DNA of 64,000 nt, taken from assembly GCA_963702005.1 (NCBI GenBank), contig OY969696.1:713680-777679 (forward strand). The letters are read 5' to 3'. Position numbers and translations under genes: made by a program. Source of the DNA: Candidatus Aminicenantes bacterium. Lineage in GTDB: Bacteria; Acidobacteriota; Aminicenantia; Aminicenantales; JAFGBC01. Positions 46,763 through 56,860 of the stretch are shown here, one piece after another (position 1 is the stretch's first letter; each line of letters opens with the position of its first letter). The notes beneath the pieces are model-generated. The model was not told the origin of the DNA and did not search any database. It saw nothing but the letters and a program-made list of their open reading frames with translations.

Positions 46763-48784
46763 TTAAAACGTCCGCTTCCAGATGCCTCCACCTTGGGTCC
46801 CGACGTAGAGGGTGTGGTTCGTCGCGTTGAAAACGAGCTGGGCTACGTACGGAACGGGCAATCCCTGGCTGACGTCGGTCCAGGTCAGGCCTCGGTTCTG
46901 GCTGTAGAAAACGCCCTGGCTGGACCCGACAAACACCTCGTTGGGGTTGTTGTTGTTGACGGCCACAGCATCGAAATTGTAGGCGTTGGTCGGGAACGTG
47001 CATTTCGTCCATGAGGCCCCGCCGTTCGAACTCCGCCAAACTTCCCAAAAGGTCCCAACATAGACGATGTTCGGATCCTGGGGATCGATGGCGATAGATT
47101 GGGGCACGTATTGGATTCCGTTCGTGACGGAGGTCCAGTCAACCCCTCCGTTCACGCTCTTATAGACAAGCCCGGTATAGGTAGCGCTCTGGCCGCCGAC
47201 ATAGAGGAGGTTAGCGTTGCTGGGCGCGACCGCCGCGACGTTCGATTGGCTGCCGTCCTGGCTGCAGATTTTGACCGGCGTCCAACTCGACCCCCCGTTC
47301 GTCGAGAACACGATTCCCATCGAGGTTACGCCCCCCTGCTTGACCGAGCCCGTGATCAGGAGGAAGTTGATGTTCTGGGGGTTCGCGTAAAGGTTTCCGT
47401 ACCGGCATTCGTAGAGATCGTAAATCTGCTCGAATTTCCGTCCTCCGTCTACAGACCTGTAGACGAATTCGCCCTGGGGTCAGCCGCTGGGCTTGACGTA
47501 GATGGTGTTCGGGTTCGAGGGATGGACGACCACGCTGGCGACGAGATCGCTGCCGTAGAATTCGGTACAGGGCGTCCAGGCGGAACCCCCGTTGACCGTC
47601 TTGAGCAGAGCGTAGCCTTGGATTCCGGTGTAAATCGTGTTCGGCGAGGAAGGGGCGATGGCGAAGGCTTTGATATTTGCCGCCCGGATTCCGTTGTGGC
47701 CGGGGTTCCAGGTCGTGCCGCCGTTCTTGCTCAAGAAGATTCCCGCTTGCGTCGCCTGGTGGACCTTGGAGCCGGCGGCCAATATTTGGCGACATTCTCC
47801 GTAGAGGCCGGTGCTCGAAGCCTTCCAGGCATTACCCCCGTCGGTGCTCTTGAGGCTGCTGTAGACCAAATTGTACTTGCCGCCCGCGTAGAGGATATTC
47901 GGGTTGGAGGAATCGGCCGCGATGGCCGTAACATGCGTGATCTGGGGCGTCTGCTGGGCCTTCCAGCTCCCGCCGGCGTTCGTGGTCCGGGCGATGCCGC
48001 TGTCATGGCCCACCCAGGCTTTTTTCGGGTCGCGGGGATCGACGTGAATGGAGTAGCAGGCAGGGTAGCTGTTGTTGAAGACGGCCGACGAGCCGACGCT
48101 CGCCCAGGTGCTCCCGCCGTTCTTGGAAACGAAGACCCGCGCGGCTGTGACGCTGTTTTTCTGATCATACCCACAGAGATAAATGTAATTGGGGTTGCTT
48201 TTGGCGAATACGATGCCGCGGCCATAACCATAGTCGGTCAGATTGGAAAGTCTTTTGAGCGTCCAGGTCGCGCCGCCGTTCGTCGTCTTGGCGACGGCGA
48301 TTTCGGAATGCCAATCGGCGGTGTTGTAATAATAAGACCCGACGACCATGATAATCTTGGGATTAGCCGGGTGGACGGCGATCCGGCCGTTGTAGGACTG
48401 GAAATCGTCCGGGAACCGATGGTTCGAGAAGGTCTTGCCTTTATCCGTGCTCGTGTAGAGATAACTTTCGCTGAGGAGGTAAATCGTGCTCGGGGTCTTG
48501 GGGTCGATGGCGAGGTCGTAAATCCATTGCATGACGATCGATTGGCGCGTCCAGCTGGCGCCGCTGTTCGTGGATCTCCAAATCTGGCTCGGAGAACTCG
48601 AGCTCACGGCGTAGAGTTCGGCCGCCGACTTGGGATTCCGGGCCAGGCCTTGGATATCCCCTCCGTAGGGGCCGAGCGGGGTCCAGGAACCAGCCCGGTC
48701 GGGCCTGTCCGCCGGGCCGGGGCTGCGCCCGAATAGAAAGACGGCGCACAGGACCGCCAGGATGATGACGACGGCTTTTTTCAT
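46763..48784 (-). CDS. Secreted BNR/Asp-box repeat beta-propeller protein, paralog B; in-frame TGA at ~47480-47482
   Basis: Same architecture as paralog A, about 85% identical. The N-terminal and C-terminal ORFs are in the same frame, 53 codons apart. Confidence 0.65.
47445..47482 (-). other. In-frame TGA plus SECIS-like hairpin of paralog B
   Basis: cctccgtctacagacctgta on the plus strand gives the coding-strand GUCUACA-GGUC-UGUAGAC hairpin. The exact base coordinates are ±1. Confidence 0.55.
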
Positions 48785-48826
48785 GGGCCCTCCTCCGGGG
48801 TTCGAGCTCGTTGCATCCGCGACGGG

Positions 48827-48856
48827 ATTATAGGCAATTTCCCGGCCGGCGGTCAA
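48827..48856 (-). promoter_or_regulatory. Sigma-70-like promoter of paralog B
   Basis: ttgaccgccggccgggaaattgcctataat. Confidence 0.45.
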
Positions 48857-48963
48857 GAAACCGCGGTAAAAAGGCCATCCTCAGAACTTCCTCCACCAGA
48901 TCCCCGCCCCCTCGGTCGCGGCAAAAACTCTCCGGCCGGCCGCGGAATCGGCGTCAGCGCCGA

Positions 48964-51000
48964 TTAAAAATCCCTCCGCAGAATGCCGCCCCCCGATGTT
49001 CCGACGTAGACCTGGCGGGCGGCGCCGTCGATCTCTATCGATGTCACGCCCCTGACGGGAAGACCCTCCGAAATGTCCGTCCAGGTTGCTCCTTTGTCGT
49101 TGCTGTAGGAAAAGAAGCTCCAGTTCCCCGCGAATATTTCGTTTGGGTTGGACTCATTGATGGCGATGCAATTGCATCCCCAGGGGCCGTTCTCGAGCTT
49201 GGTCCAGGTGTCCCCGCCGTTCGTGGAGACGAAAATACCCGCCCAGGAGGTTCCCAGATAGATCGTGCCCGAGACGCTCGGATCTACGGCGATGGCCTCG
49301 ATCCTGGCTGAGGACGAGGGAGGAGTCAGCTCGGTCCAGCTCGCGCCCCCGTCCGTGCTCTTGTGCAGGGCCGGGGCATAGGAGGATTTATAGCCGGCGA
49401 CATAGATCGTATTCCTGTTCGAAGGGTCGAACGCCGCGACTTCCAGGCAGCTGCCCGTATCGTTCCTGATCTTGATTTGTTTCCAATCGGATCCGCCGTC
49501 CGTCGACAGGAAAATCCCCATTACATATTGACTGCCGCTGACGACATATCCTCCCGCTATGATGTGCTTCGGATCCGCGGGATCGGTCAGGAGGATGAGT
49601 CCTTGGCAGCCGGCTCCGGGCAGAAGTTGCTTAAAGCTTTTGCCTCCGTCTACGGAACTGTAGACGCGGGGGTTGCTTCAGCCGTAGGTCGAGAGGTAGA
49701 CCCTGTTCGGGTCCGCGTTCGGAACGGCGAGATGAGCGATGCTGTCGCTTCCCGCGAAATTGCCGAGCTTCGCCCAGCTCCTGAAGCCGTTCTCGGTTCT
49801 AAAGATGCCGTAATTGGTGACCGCGGCATAGGCTGTGTTTGCGGAGGCGGCGCTCGCCGATGAGCGGGGATATTGGAAATCCGCTATTTCGGCGGCTTGA
49901 ATTCCCGCGTGGGAGGCTTTAAAAGAGCGGCCCGCGTTCGTGCTCTTGAAGACGCCCGCCGTGGACGTGACCTGAAGCGTATTCCCCGAGGCAATGATCC
50001 TCGATACGGTGCCGCAGAGGACGTTCGAGAATGGCGTCCAATGATGTCCGCCGTCCTTGCTTTGATAGATCGTTTTATAGGCTCCTCCGTAGAGGACATT
50101 GGGATTGGTTTTGTCGAGGGAAAGGGACTGGATATTATAAAGGCTCTGAGGATTCGTCTGGTTCTGCCAACTGACCCCGGCGTCGGCCGTAAAGGCCACT
50201 CCGCCATAATACGGGACGAACAATCTCGCGGCGTTCGAGGGGTCGACGGCGACGGCGTAGGCCTGGCCGTAAAATCCCGAGCCCGCGTTCATGAAGGCGG
50301 GAGTGATGTCCTTCCAGGTCCCGCCCGTATTCGTGGAGCGGTAGATGCGGGCGATGCAGCCCGTGCCGGCCCAATAATAGCCGCAGAAATAGACCGTGGA
50401 CGGAGCCTGGGCGGGAATGACGATGTCGCGCGCGCAGCCCGAATCCGAAGTCGTGTCCATCGTCTTCTGGGTCCAGCTTTTGCCTCCGTTCGTCGATTTG
50501 AAGACGGCCAGGCACGATTTGTTGGCGCTTGAATTGGTGGTATAGCTTCCCGAAACGAAGACGATATTCGGATTTTGGGGGTGGACCGCGATTCGGCCCA
50601 GAAAGGCGTATCGATGGCCGCCGAGCGGGAATTTCGTGAATGTTGTTCCTCTATCGGCGGACTTATAGAACGCTTCCGAGGATAGGACATAGACTGTCCG
50701 CGGATTCTTCGGGTCCAGCGCTATATCGGAAGCATCGATGTCGAGGTGGGACTGGCGTGTCCAACTCCCGCAGCCGTCGGCTGACCGGAAGACTTGCCCC
50801 TGCTTGGTTAGGACGTATAGTTCGCTCGGAGATTTCGGGTGGCGCGCGATGGAGATGATATTTCCGCCGTTCGGCCCGAGTCCGGTCCAGACCGAAGCGG
50901 CCTCCGGAGACGACGATGGAGAGGGCTCCGGTCCGCGAAGGCGGCCGTAGAGCACGGCGGCGCAGAAGACGGCTAAGATGACCCCCATGGCTTTTTTCAT
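48964..51000 (-). CDS. Secreted BNR/Asp-box repeat beta-propeller protein, paralog C; in-frame TGA at 49678-49680
   Basis: N-terminal ORF (MKKAMGVILAVFCAAVLYG signal peptide) and C-terminal ORF in the same frame. The read-through sequence is SNPRVYSSVDGGKSF. Confidence 0.65.
49647..49680 (-). other. In-frame TGA plus SECIS-like hairpin of paralog C (CGUCUAC-AGUUCC-GUAGACG; the loop differs from GGUC)
   Basis: Hairpin 11 nt 3' of the UGA; 7-bp stem conserved; loop variant. Confidence 0.5.
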
Positions 51001-51041
51001 GGACCCTCCGTCGGAAGCCGCGTTCCTTTTATCCTGGCTGA

Positions 51042-51071
51042 ATTATAGGGAATTCTCCGCCCGGCGGTCAA
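51042..51071 (-). promoter_or_regulatory. Sigma-70-like promoter of paralog C
   Basis: ttgaccgccgggcggagaattccctataat. Confidence 0.45.
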
Positions 51072-51140
51072 GAAACCGCGGAAAAAAGCCGTTCTCTCCT
51101 CTTGACAAGCCGCGGGGGTTTCAATAACTTAGGTAAAGCC

Positions 51141-51707
51141 ATGAGAACCAAGACAGTCCTATCCACCCTGTTCTTTTTCGCGGTTTTCTGCCTTTTGTCC
51201 TCGGCCCTCGCCTCGGCCCAGCTCGAAGTCCCCAAGGTCGTGACCGCGCGGGCCGTCTTGTCCAAGAGCGCAGTCCACGCCGGTGAGACGGTCAAAATCG
51301 CCGTCGTCCTCAAGATCGAGAAGGGCTGGCACATCAACTCGGATGATCCCGGCGACGAGTTCCTGTTCCCCTCGTCCCTCGCCCTTGACGAGGTCGCCGG
51401 CTTCGAGGTCAAGGCTTTGGCCTTCCCCAAGCCCAAGCAGGCCAAGTTCGAGTACTCCGACTTCGAGCTCCGCGTCTACGAAGACGAGGCCGTCGTGGGG
51501 GCGCTCCTCCAGGTCGCGGAGAGCGTTAAAGCCGGCGCCTACAGCCTGACGGGAGTGTTCAAGTACCAGGCCTGCAACAATACGTCGTGCATTATGCCCC
51601 AGGACCTCCGCCTCGAGATCCCGGTCGAGGTCGTGGCGGCGGGCGTCGAGACCAAGGACGTCGAGCCCGACCTCTTCGCCAAGATCGAATTCAAGGACAA
51701 AAGCTGA
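51141..51707 (+). CDS. Exported DsbD-N-terminal (alpha-domain)-like protein with C-x4-C pair
   Basis: Signal peptide. KYQACNNTSCIMPQ resembles the redox Cys pair region of the DsbD alpha / thiol:disulfide interchange N-terminal domain. Confidence 0.4.
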   Translation: MRTKTVLSTLFFFAVFCLLSSALASAQLEVPKVVTARAVLSKSAVHAGETVKIAVVLKIEKGWHINSDDPGDEFLFPSSLALDEVAGFEVKALAFPKPKQAKFEYSDFELRVYEDEAVVGALLQVAESVKAGAYSLTGVFKYQACNNTSCIMPQDLRLEIPVEVVAAGVETKDVEPDLFAKIEFKDKS

Positions 51708-51753
51708 GGCGCGGGCCGCGATCGGAGGCTCGGTCGGCTCCGAACGGAGACGC

Positions 51754-53163
51754 ATGAAAGAATCTCTTTTTCGGCTGATCCCATCTGTGGACGCCCTCCT
51801 CAATCATCCGGAGGCGCGCCGGCTCGCCGAGGCGTACGGGCGGCCCTTGGCCTTGGACGCCGTCCGCGACGAGCTCGAGGCGGTCCGGGCCGAAATCCAA
51901 ACGGCCGGCGCCGCATCATCCTTGGCCGAGAAAGACCTTGCCCCGGAGGCCTTGCTCGACCGAGTCCGGGCGCGGCTCGAGCGGAAGCTCGCCCCCTCGC
52001 TGGGACGCACGATCAACGCGACCGGGATCGTCATCCATACCGGGCTGGGGCGGGCCGTCCTGGCTCCCGAGGCGCGGGAGGCCCTGGCGCGCGTGTCCCA
52101 AGGATACTCGCAGCTCGCCGTGGATCTTGAGACAGGTCAGCGCGGCCATCGCGACGTCCATTACGCCTCCCTTCTCCGCGAGCTGACCGGCGCCGAGGCC
52201 GGTTTCGCCGTCAACAACAACGCCGCGGCGACCGTCCTCCTTCTCAACACCCTGGCCAAAGGCAAGGAGGTCATCCTCTCGCGCGGCCAGCTTGTCGAGA
52301 TCGGGGGTTCGTTCCGGATGCCCGACGTCATGGAGACGTCGGGGGCCGTCCTGCGCGAGGTCGGGACGACCAACAAGACCCATCTCCGCGACTACGAGGC
52401 GGCGATCTCGGACCGGACCGGCATCCTCCTTCGCGTCCACCACTCGAACTACCGGATCATGGGCTTCGCCGAGGAGCCGGGGATCGAGGAGCTGGTCGAG
52501 CTCGGCCGCAAGCACGGCCTCCCCGTCGTCGACGATATCGGAAGCGGGGCGCTGGTTGACCTCAAAGATTACGACCTCGAGACCGAGCCACTCGTCCAGC
52601 GGAGCGTCCGGGCCGGCGCCGACGCCGTCTGCTTCTCGGGCGACAAGCTCATCGGCGGGCCCCAGTCGGGGATCATCGTCGGCAGGGCCAAGGTCGTCGG
52701 GCGCGTCAAGAAAAACCCGCTGGCCCGCGCTTTCCGGATCGGGAAGCTGACCGCGGCCGCCCTCGAAGCGACCCTCAAGCTCTTCCTGGACCCGGACCGG
52801 CTGAGGGACCGGCATCCCGTCTACCGGATGCTGGGGCTGGACGCGAAGGAGATCGAACGGCGGGCGCGCGCCGCGTCGGATACGCTGGCGCTCGGCCTGG
52901 CCGGGCGGGCCCGCGTTTCGGTCGTAGAGGACCGGTCCCAGGTCGGAAGCGGCTCGGTCCCGGTTGAGACCCTCCCGACCTTCGTCCTCAAAATCGAATC
53001 CGCGTCTCTTCCGGCCGAGGAGCTGGCCCGCCGGCTGCGGCGCGGCGCCCCGCCCGTCTTCGGCCGCGTCCACAAGGACGCGCTCCTTCTCGACTTTCGG
53101 ACCGTCTTCCCCGAAGAGGACGGCATCGTCATCGACGCCGTCCGGGCGGCCGTCGAACCTTAA
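51754..53163 (+). CDS. selA: L-seryl-tRNA(Sec) selenium transferase (selenocysteine synthase)
   Basis: [18 protein letters not shown] matches the SelA PLP-lysine motif SGDKLLGGPQAGII. 469 aa. Confidence 0.85.
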   Translation: MKESLFRLIPSVDALLNHPEARRLAEAYGRPLALDAVRDELEAVRAEIQTAGAASSLAEKDLAPEALLDRVRARLERKLAPSLGRTINATGIVIHTGLGRAVLAPEAREALARVSQGYSQLAVDLETGQRGHRDVHYASLLRELTGAEAGFAVNNNAAATVLLLNTLAKGKEVILSRGQLVEIGGSFRMPDVMETSGAVLREVGTTNKTHLRDYEAAISDRTGILLRVHHSNYRIMGFAEEPGIEELVELGRKHGLPVVDDIGSGALVDLKDYDLETEPLVQRSVRAGADAVCFSGDKLIGGPQSGIIVGRAKVVGRVKKNPLARAFRIGKLTAAALEATLKLFLDPDRLRDRHPVYRMLGLDAKEIERRARAASDTLALGLAGRARVSVVEDRSQVGSGSVPVETLPTFVLKIESASLPAEELARRLRRGAPPVFGRVHKDALLLDFRTVFPEEDGIVIDAVRAAVEP

Positions 53164-53178
53164 GGGAGAGAACCGGCC

Positions 53179-54384
53179 ATGGTCGACCTCGAAAAGCGCC
53201 GCCGGATCATGGGGCGCTCCATCAAGCTCGGGCACTGCATCTGCAACCCCAAGGACCCCTGTCCCTGCGACCTGTTCAAGCGGAAGAACGTCTGCCTCTG
53301 CGCGGGCGAGCGCGAAGAGGAGGCGGCCGAGGACGTCGCCCTGACCAAGCTCGTCGAGAACGCGGGCTGCGCCTCCAAGGTCTCCCAGGAATTTCTCAAA
53401 CAGGCCCTCGAGGGGCTGCCCGCCGTCTTCGACCCGCGGGTGCTCGTCAGCTCCTCGACTTGCGACGACGCCGGGATCTTCAAGCTCAACAATACGACCG
53501 CGCTCGTCCAGACGGTCGACGTCTTCTCGCCCTGCGTCGACGACCCCTACGTCTTCGGCCAGATCGCCGCGGCCAACTCCGTGAGCGACGTCTATGCCAT
53601 GGGCGGAAAACCCCTGACGGCCCTGTCCATTATCGGATTCCCCTCGGACCGGCTCTCGCCCCGGATCATGAACAAGATGCTCCAGGGCGGAATCGACAAG
53701 CTCGGCGAGGCCGGGGTCCCCGTCCTAGGCGGCCACAGCATCAAGGACGCCGAAGTCAAATTTGGGTTCGCCGTCACCGGGGTCGTCCGGCCCGATCGCA
53801 TCCTGACCAACGACAAGGCCCGGCCCGGGAACGTCCTTGTCCTGACCAAGCCGATCGGGACGGGGCTGGCCTGCTTCGCCCAACAGCTCGGGAAGGCGGA
53901 CGCGGCGCTCCTCGAGGCGACCGCCCGCTCCATGACCGAGCTCAACGGCCCCGCCGCCGAGGAGGCCGTCAGAGCCGGCGTGCGGGCCGCGACCGACGTG
54001 ACCGGATTCGGTCTCCTCGGCCACTTGGCCGAGATGGCTGTCCAGAGCCGGGTCACGGCCGAAATCTGGGCCGAGGAAGTGCCCCTGTTCAAGGGCGTCC
54101 TCGACCTCGCCCGCAAGGGGGTCGTCTCGGGCGCCGTCGAGCGGAACCGGGAATACGCGATGCGCTTCGTGACCAAGGCCCCGGACGTCGGCGAAGAGTG
54201 GGAGGCGGTCCTCCTCGATCCCCAGACCTCGGGCGGTCTTCTTCTTGCCGTTTCCCGGGCGCGCGCGGCCGGGCTCCTCAAGAGGCTCGCGGCGCGGGGG
54301 ATCGCGTCGGCGCGGATCATCGGGCGCATCGCAGAGTCGTCCGAGGGAGCGATCCGTGTCCGACTCCGGCCGGAGGGTTCTTAA
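53179..54384 (+). CDS. selD: Selenide, water dikinase (selenophosphate synthetase), Cys-type, with a Cys-rich ~45-aa N-terminal extension
   Basis: [11 protein letters not shown] corresponds to the SelD active-site (G)C/U motif. PurM-like body (DDAGIF...GGHSI...). The extra N-terminus is [26 protein letters not shown]. Confidence 0.85.
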   Translation: MVDLEKRRRIMGRSIKLGHCICNPKDPCPCDLFKRKNVCLCAGEREEEAAEDVALTKLVENAGCASKVSQEFLKQALEGLPAVFDPRVLVSSSTCDDAGIFKLNNTTALVQTVDVFSPCVDDPYVFGQIAAANSVSDVYAMGGKPLTALSIIGFPSDRLSPRIMNKMLQGGIDKLGEAGVPVLGGHSIKDAEVKFGFAVTGVVRPDRILTNDKARPGNVLVLTKPIGTGLACFAQQLGKADAALLEATARSMTELNGPAAEEAVRAGVRAATDVTGFGLLGHLAEMAVQSRVTAEIWAEEVPLFKGVLDLARKGVVSGAVERNREYAMRFVTKAPDVGEEWEAVLLDPQTSGGLLLAVSRARAAGLLKRLAARGIASARIIGRIAESSEGAIRVRLRPEGS

Positions 54385-54395
54385 GGGGAGAGGTC

Positions 54396-56319
54396 ATGGC
54401 CGGGCTCGACAAAGACCACGTCATCTTCGGCACGGCCGGCCACATCGACCACGGCAAGAGCTCGCTGGTCAAGGCCCTGACCGGGACCGATCCCGACACG
54501 CTTCCTGAAGAAGAAGCTCCGGGGGATGACGATCGAGCTCGGGTTCGTATTCCTGGACCTCCCCGACTACGAGAAGCAGATCGTCTTCATCGACGTCCCC
54601 GGCCACGAGCGGTTCGTCAAGACGATGGCGGCCGGGGCCTCGAACATCGACGCCGCCCTCCTGGTCATCGCCGCCGACGAGGGCGTATCGGTCCAAACCC
54701 GCGAGCACTTCGACATCCTCCGTCTCCTCGACGTCCCGCTCGGGATGGTCGTCCTGACCAAGGCCGACCTGGTCGACGCGGACCGGATGGCCGAAGTCCG
54801 CGGCGACGTCGTCCGTTTCGTCGCGGGCTCCTTCCTCGAGGGCGCTCCCCTTCTGGCCGTCTCGTCCGTGACCGGCGCCGGGATCCCCGAGCTCAAAGCG
54901 GCCCTGGTTGAGATGGGGCGGAAAGTGCGGCGGCGGAGCGACACGGGCTTCTTCCGGATGCCGGTCGACCGCGTCTTCACCATCCAGGGCTTCGGCACGG
55001 TCGTGGCGGGAACGGTCCTGGGCGGCGCGGTCGGCGTCGGCGACCGGATCGAGGTTTTTCCCGATCGGCTTCCGGCCCGGGTCCGGGGCGTTCAAGTCCA
55101 CGGCCGCGGCGCCGAGCGGAGCGGGATCGGGACACGGACGGCCCTCAACCTGATGGACGTCAAGAAGGAGGATCTGCGGCGGGGACAATGCGTCGCCGCG
55201 GCCGGCAGCCTGACGCCGACCAACCGGCTCGACACGGAGCTTCTCTTGCTGGCCGACGCCGGCAAGGAGCTCAAGCACCGCGAGCGGGTCCGCCTCCACG
55301 TCGGGACGGACGAGGTCATCGCCCGAGTCGTCCTTCTCGACCGGGCCGCGGTCCAGCCGGGCGAGAAGGGCTTTGTCCAGTTCGTCCTAGAGGCGCCGAC
55401 CGTGGCGCTTCCCGGCGACCGGTTCGTCATCCGGACCTTCTCGCCGCTGATGACGATCGGAGGAGGCCGGGTCCTCGACCCGACGCCGGGCCGGCACAAA
55501 CGGTTCGACGATCAGGTCATCCAGGGGTTGGGCCGGCTCGAAGGGAGCCTCGACGAGGTCGTCGAACAGCTTTTAGTCAAGGCCCGTTTCGCGCCCCAAT
55601 CTCTGAGCGAGCTGGAGTTGAGCCTGGGCGGCCGCGCCAAGGAGGTCAAGGAATCCGTCGCCGCGCTCGTCGCGGCGGGGAAGACCGTCGCCGTCCCGTT
55701 CGAGAAGGAGGAGCGCTACCTTCACGCCGGCGCCGCGGCCGAGCTCGCCGGGAGGCTCGTCGGACTCGTCAAGGACTACTTCGAGAAGTTCCCCCACAAG
55801 CTGTCGATGCCCCTCGGCGACCTCCGCTCCCAGTTCCTGAAGCTGAGCGAGGCGGCCGTCTTCCGGAAACTCCTGGAGGAGCGGGCGGCCCAAGGCGCCT
55901 TGGACGCCCAGGGGACCGAGGTCCGCCTCCCCGAGCGCGGCGTTCGGATGACGGCCCGCGAGCAGGAACTGGCCCGCCGGATCGAGGAGGCCTATCTCAA
56001 GGCCGGCTACGACAGTCCGCTCGATGACGAGCTGTGCCGGACGTTGGGCGCCGAGCCGCCCCTGTTCGAGAAGGTCCTGTTCAGCCTCTACGACCAGAAA
56101 AAGCTGATCCGTCTCAACCCCAAGGTCACCTACCACGTCGATACGGTCGCCAGCATGAAGGCGCTCGTCCAGGAGCACCTCAAACGGAAAGGGGGCATCA
56201 CGATCGCGGAGCTCCGGGATACGATCAAGCTTTCGCGCAAGTACGCGCAGGCCGTCCTCGAGTATTTCGACCGGGTCGGGTTGACCCGGCGCGTCGAGGA
56301 CCGCCATGTGCTAAAATAG
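54396..56319 (+). CDS. selB: Selenocysteine-specific elongation factor SelB, with an apparent +1 frameshift at the GAAGAAGAAG run (~54505-54520)
   Basis: Frame 0 from ATG 54396 reads [39 protein letters not shown] (SelB G1 motif). Frame 1 from 54514 reads [15 protein letters not shown]...DVPGHERF and carries the remaining G-motifs and the C-terminal winged-helix SECIS-binding domains. Confidence 0.8.
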
Positions 56320-56331
56320 ACGACGACCCGC

Positions 56332-56427
56332 GGGAGGGTATAGGTTCCGGTGGGCCTTCTGGACTTCAAATCCAGCACGGGGCCGTGAAACGTCCCGGGT
56401 GGGTTCAACTCCCACACCTTCCCGCCA
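56332..56427 (+). tRNA. selC: tRNA-Sec (selC), anticodon TCA
   Basis: 96 nt. 8-bp acceptor stem (GGGAGGGU/ACCUUCCC, one G·U). Anticodon loop CUUCAAA. Long extra arm. T-loop GGGTTCAACTCCCAC. CCA encoded. Lies 12 nt after the selB stop. Confidence 0.85.
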
Positions 56428-56455
56428 CAGCCTCTCTCAGGGGGTAGGGGGGAGC

Positions 56456-56860
56456 TCATCCGGCCAGAAAACGGGCCGGGGACAGGGCCGTGTCGGGGAA
56501 GCTCTTGAGGAGGGCCTTGTCCGTCGTGACCAGGCGGACGTCCAGTCCCCGGGCGAGCGCGACGAACTCGCAGTCGTAGGCGGAGCATTCCGATCCGGCC
56601 GCCAGGCTCAACACGTCGAAGGAATCCACGGCGAACTCGTTGCCCTTCATCAGGGACTCAGCTTCCTTCATAATCCGGGCCGCGTCATCCAGCCCGAAGA
56701 ATCTCTTTCCGAGGCAGGCGGCCAGGACGCTCCGGAATTCGCTCCGCCATAGAGGGGGAGCCGCCCAGATCGGATCCTTGCGCAAAACCTTTTCGGCCGC
56801 GCCGCTGTGCTCCCCTTTGATGAACAGATAGGCGACCAGGTTCGTGTCGACGGCGATCAC
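56456..56860 (-). CDS. vapC: PIN-domain toxin VapC
   Basis: MIAVDTNLVAYLF... PIN acidic residues. 134 aa. Overlaps the upstream antitoxin gene by 4 nt. Confidence 0.75.
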   Translation of the reverse strand: MIAVDTNLVAYLFIKGEHSGAAEKVLRKDPIWAAPPLWRSEFRSVLAACLGKRFFGLDDAARIMKEAESLMKGNEFAVDSFDVLSLAAGSECSAYDCEFVALARGLDVRLVTTDKALLKSFPDTALSPARFLAG

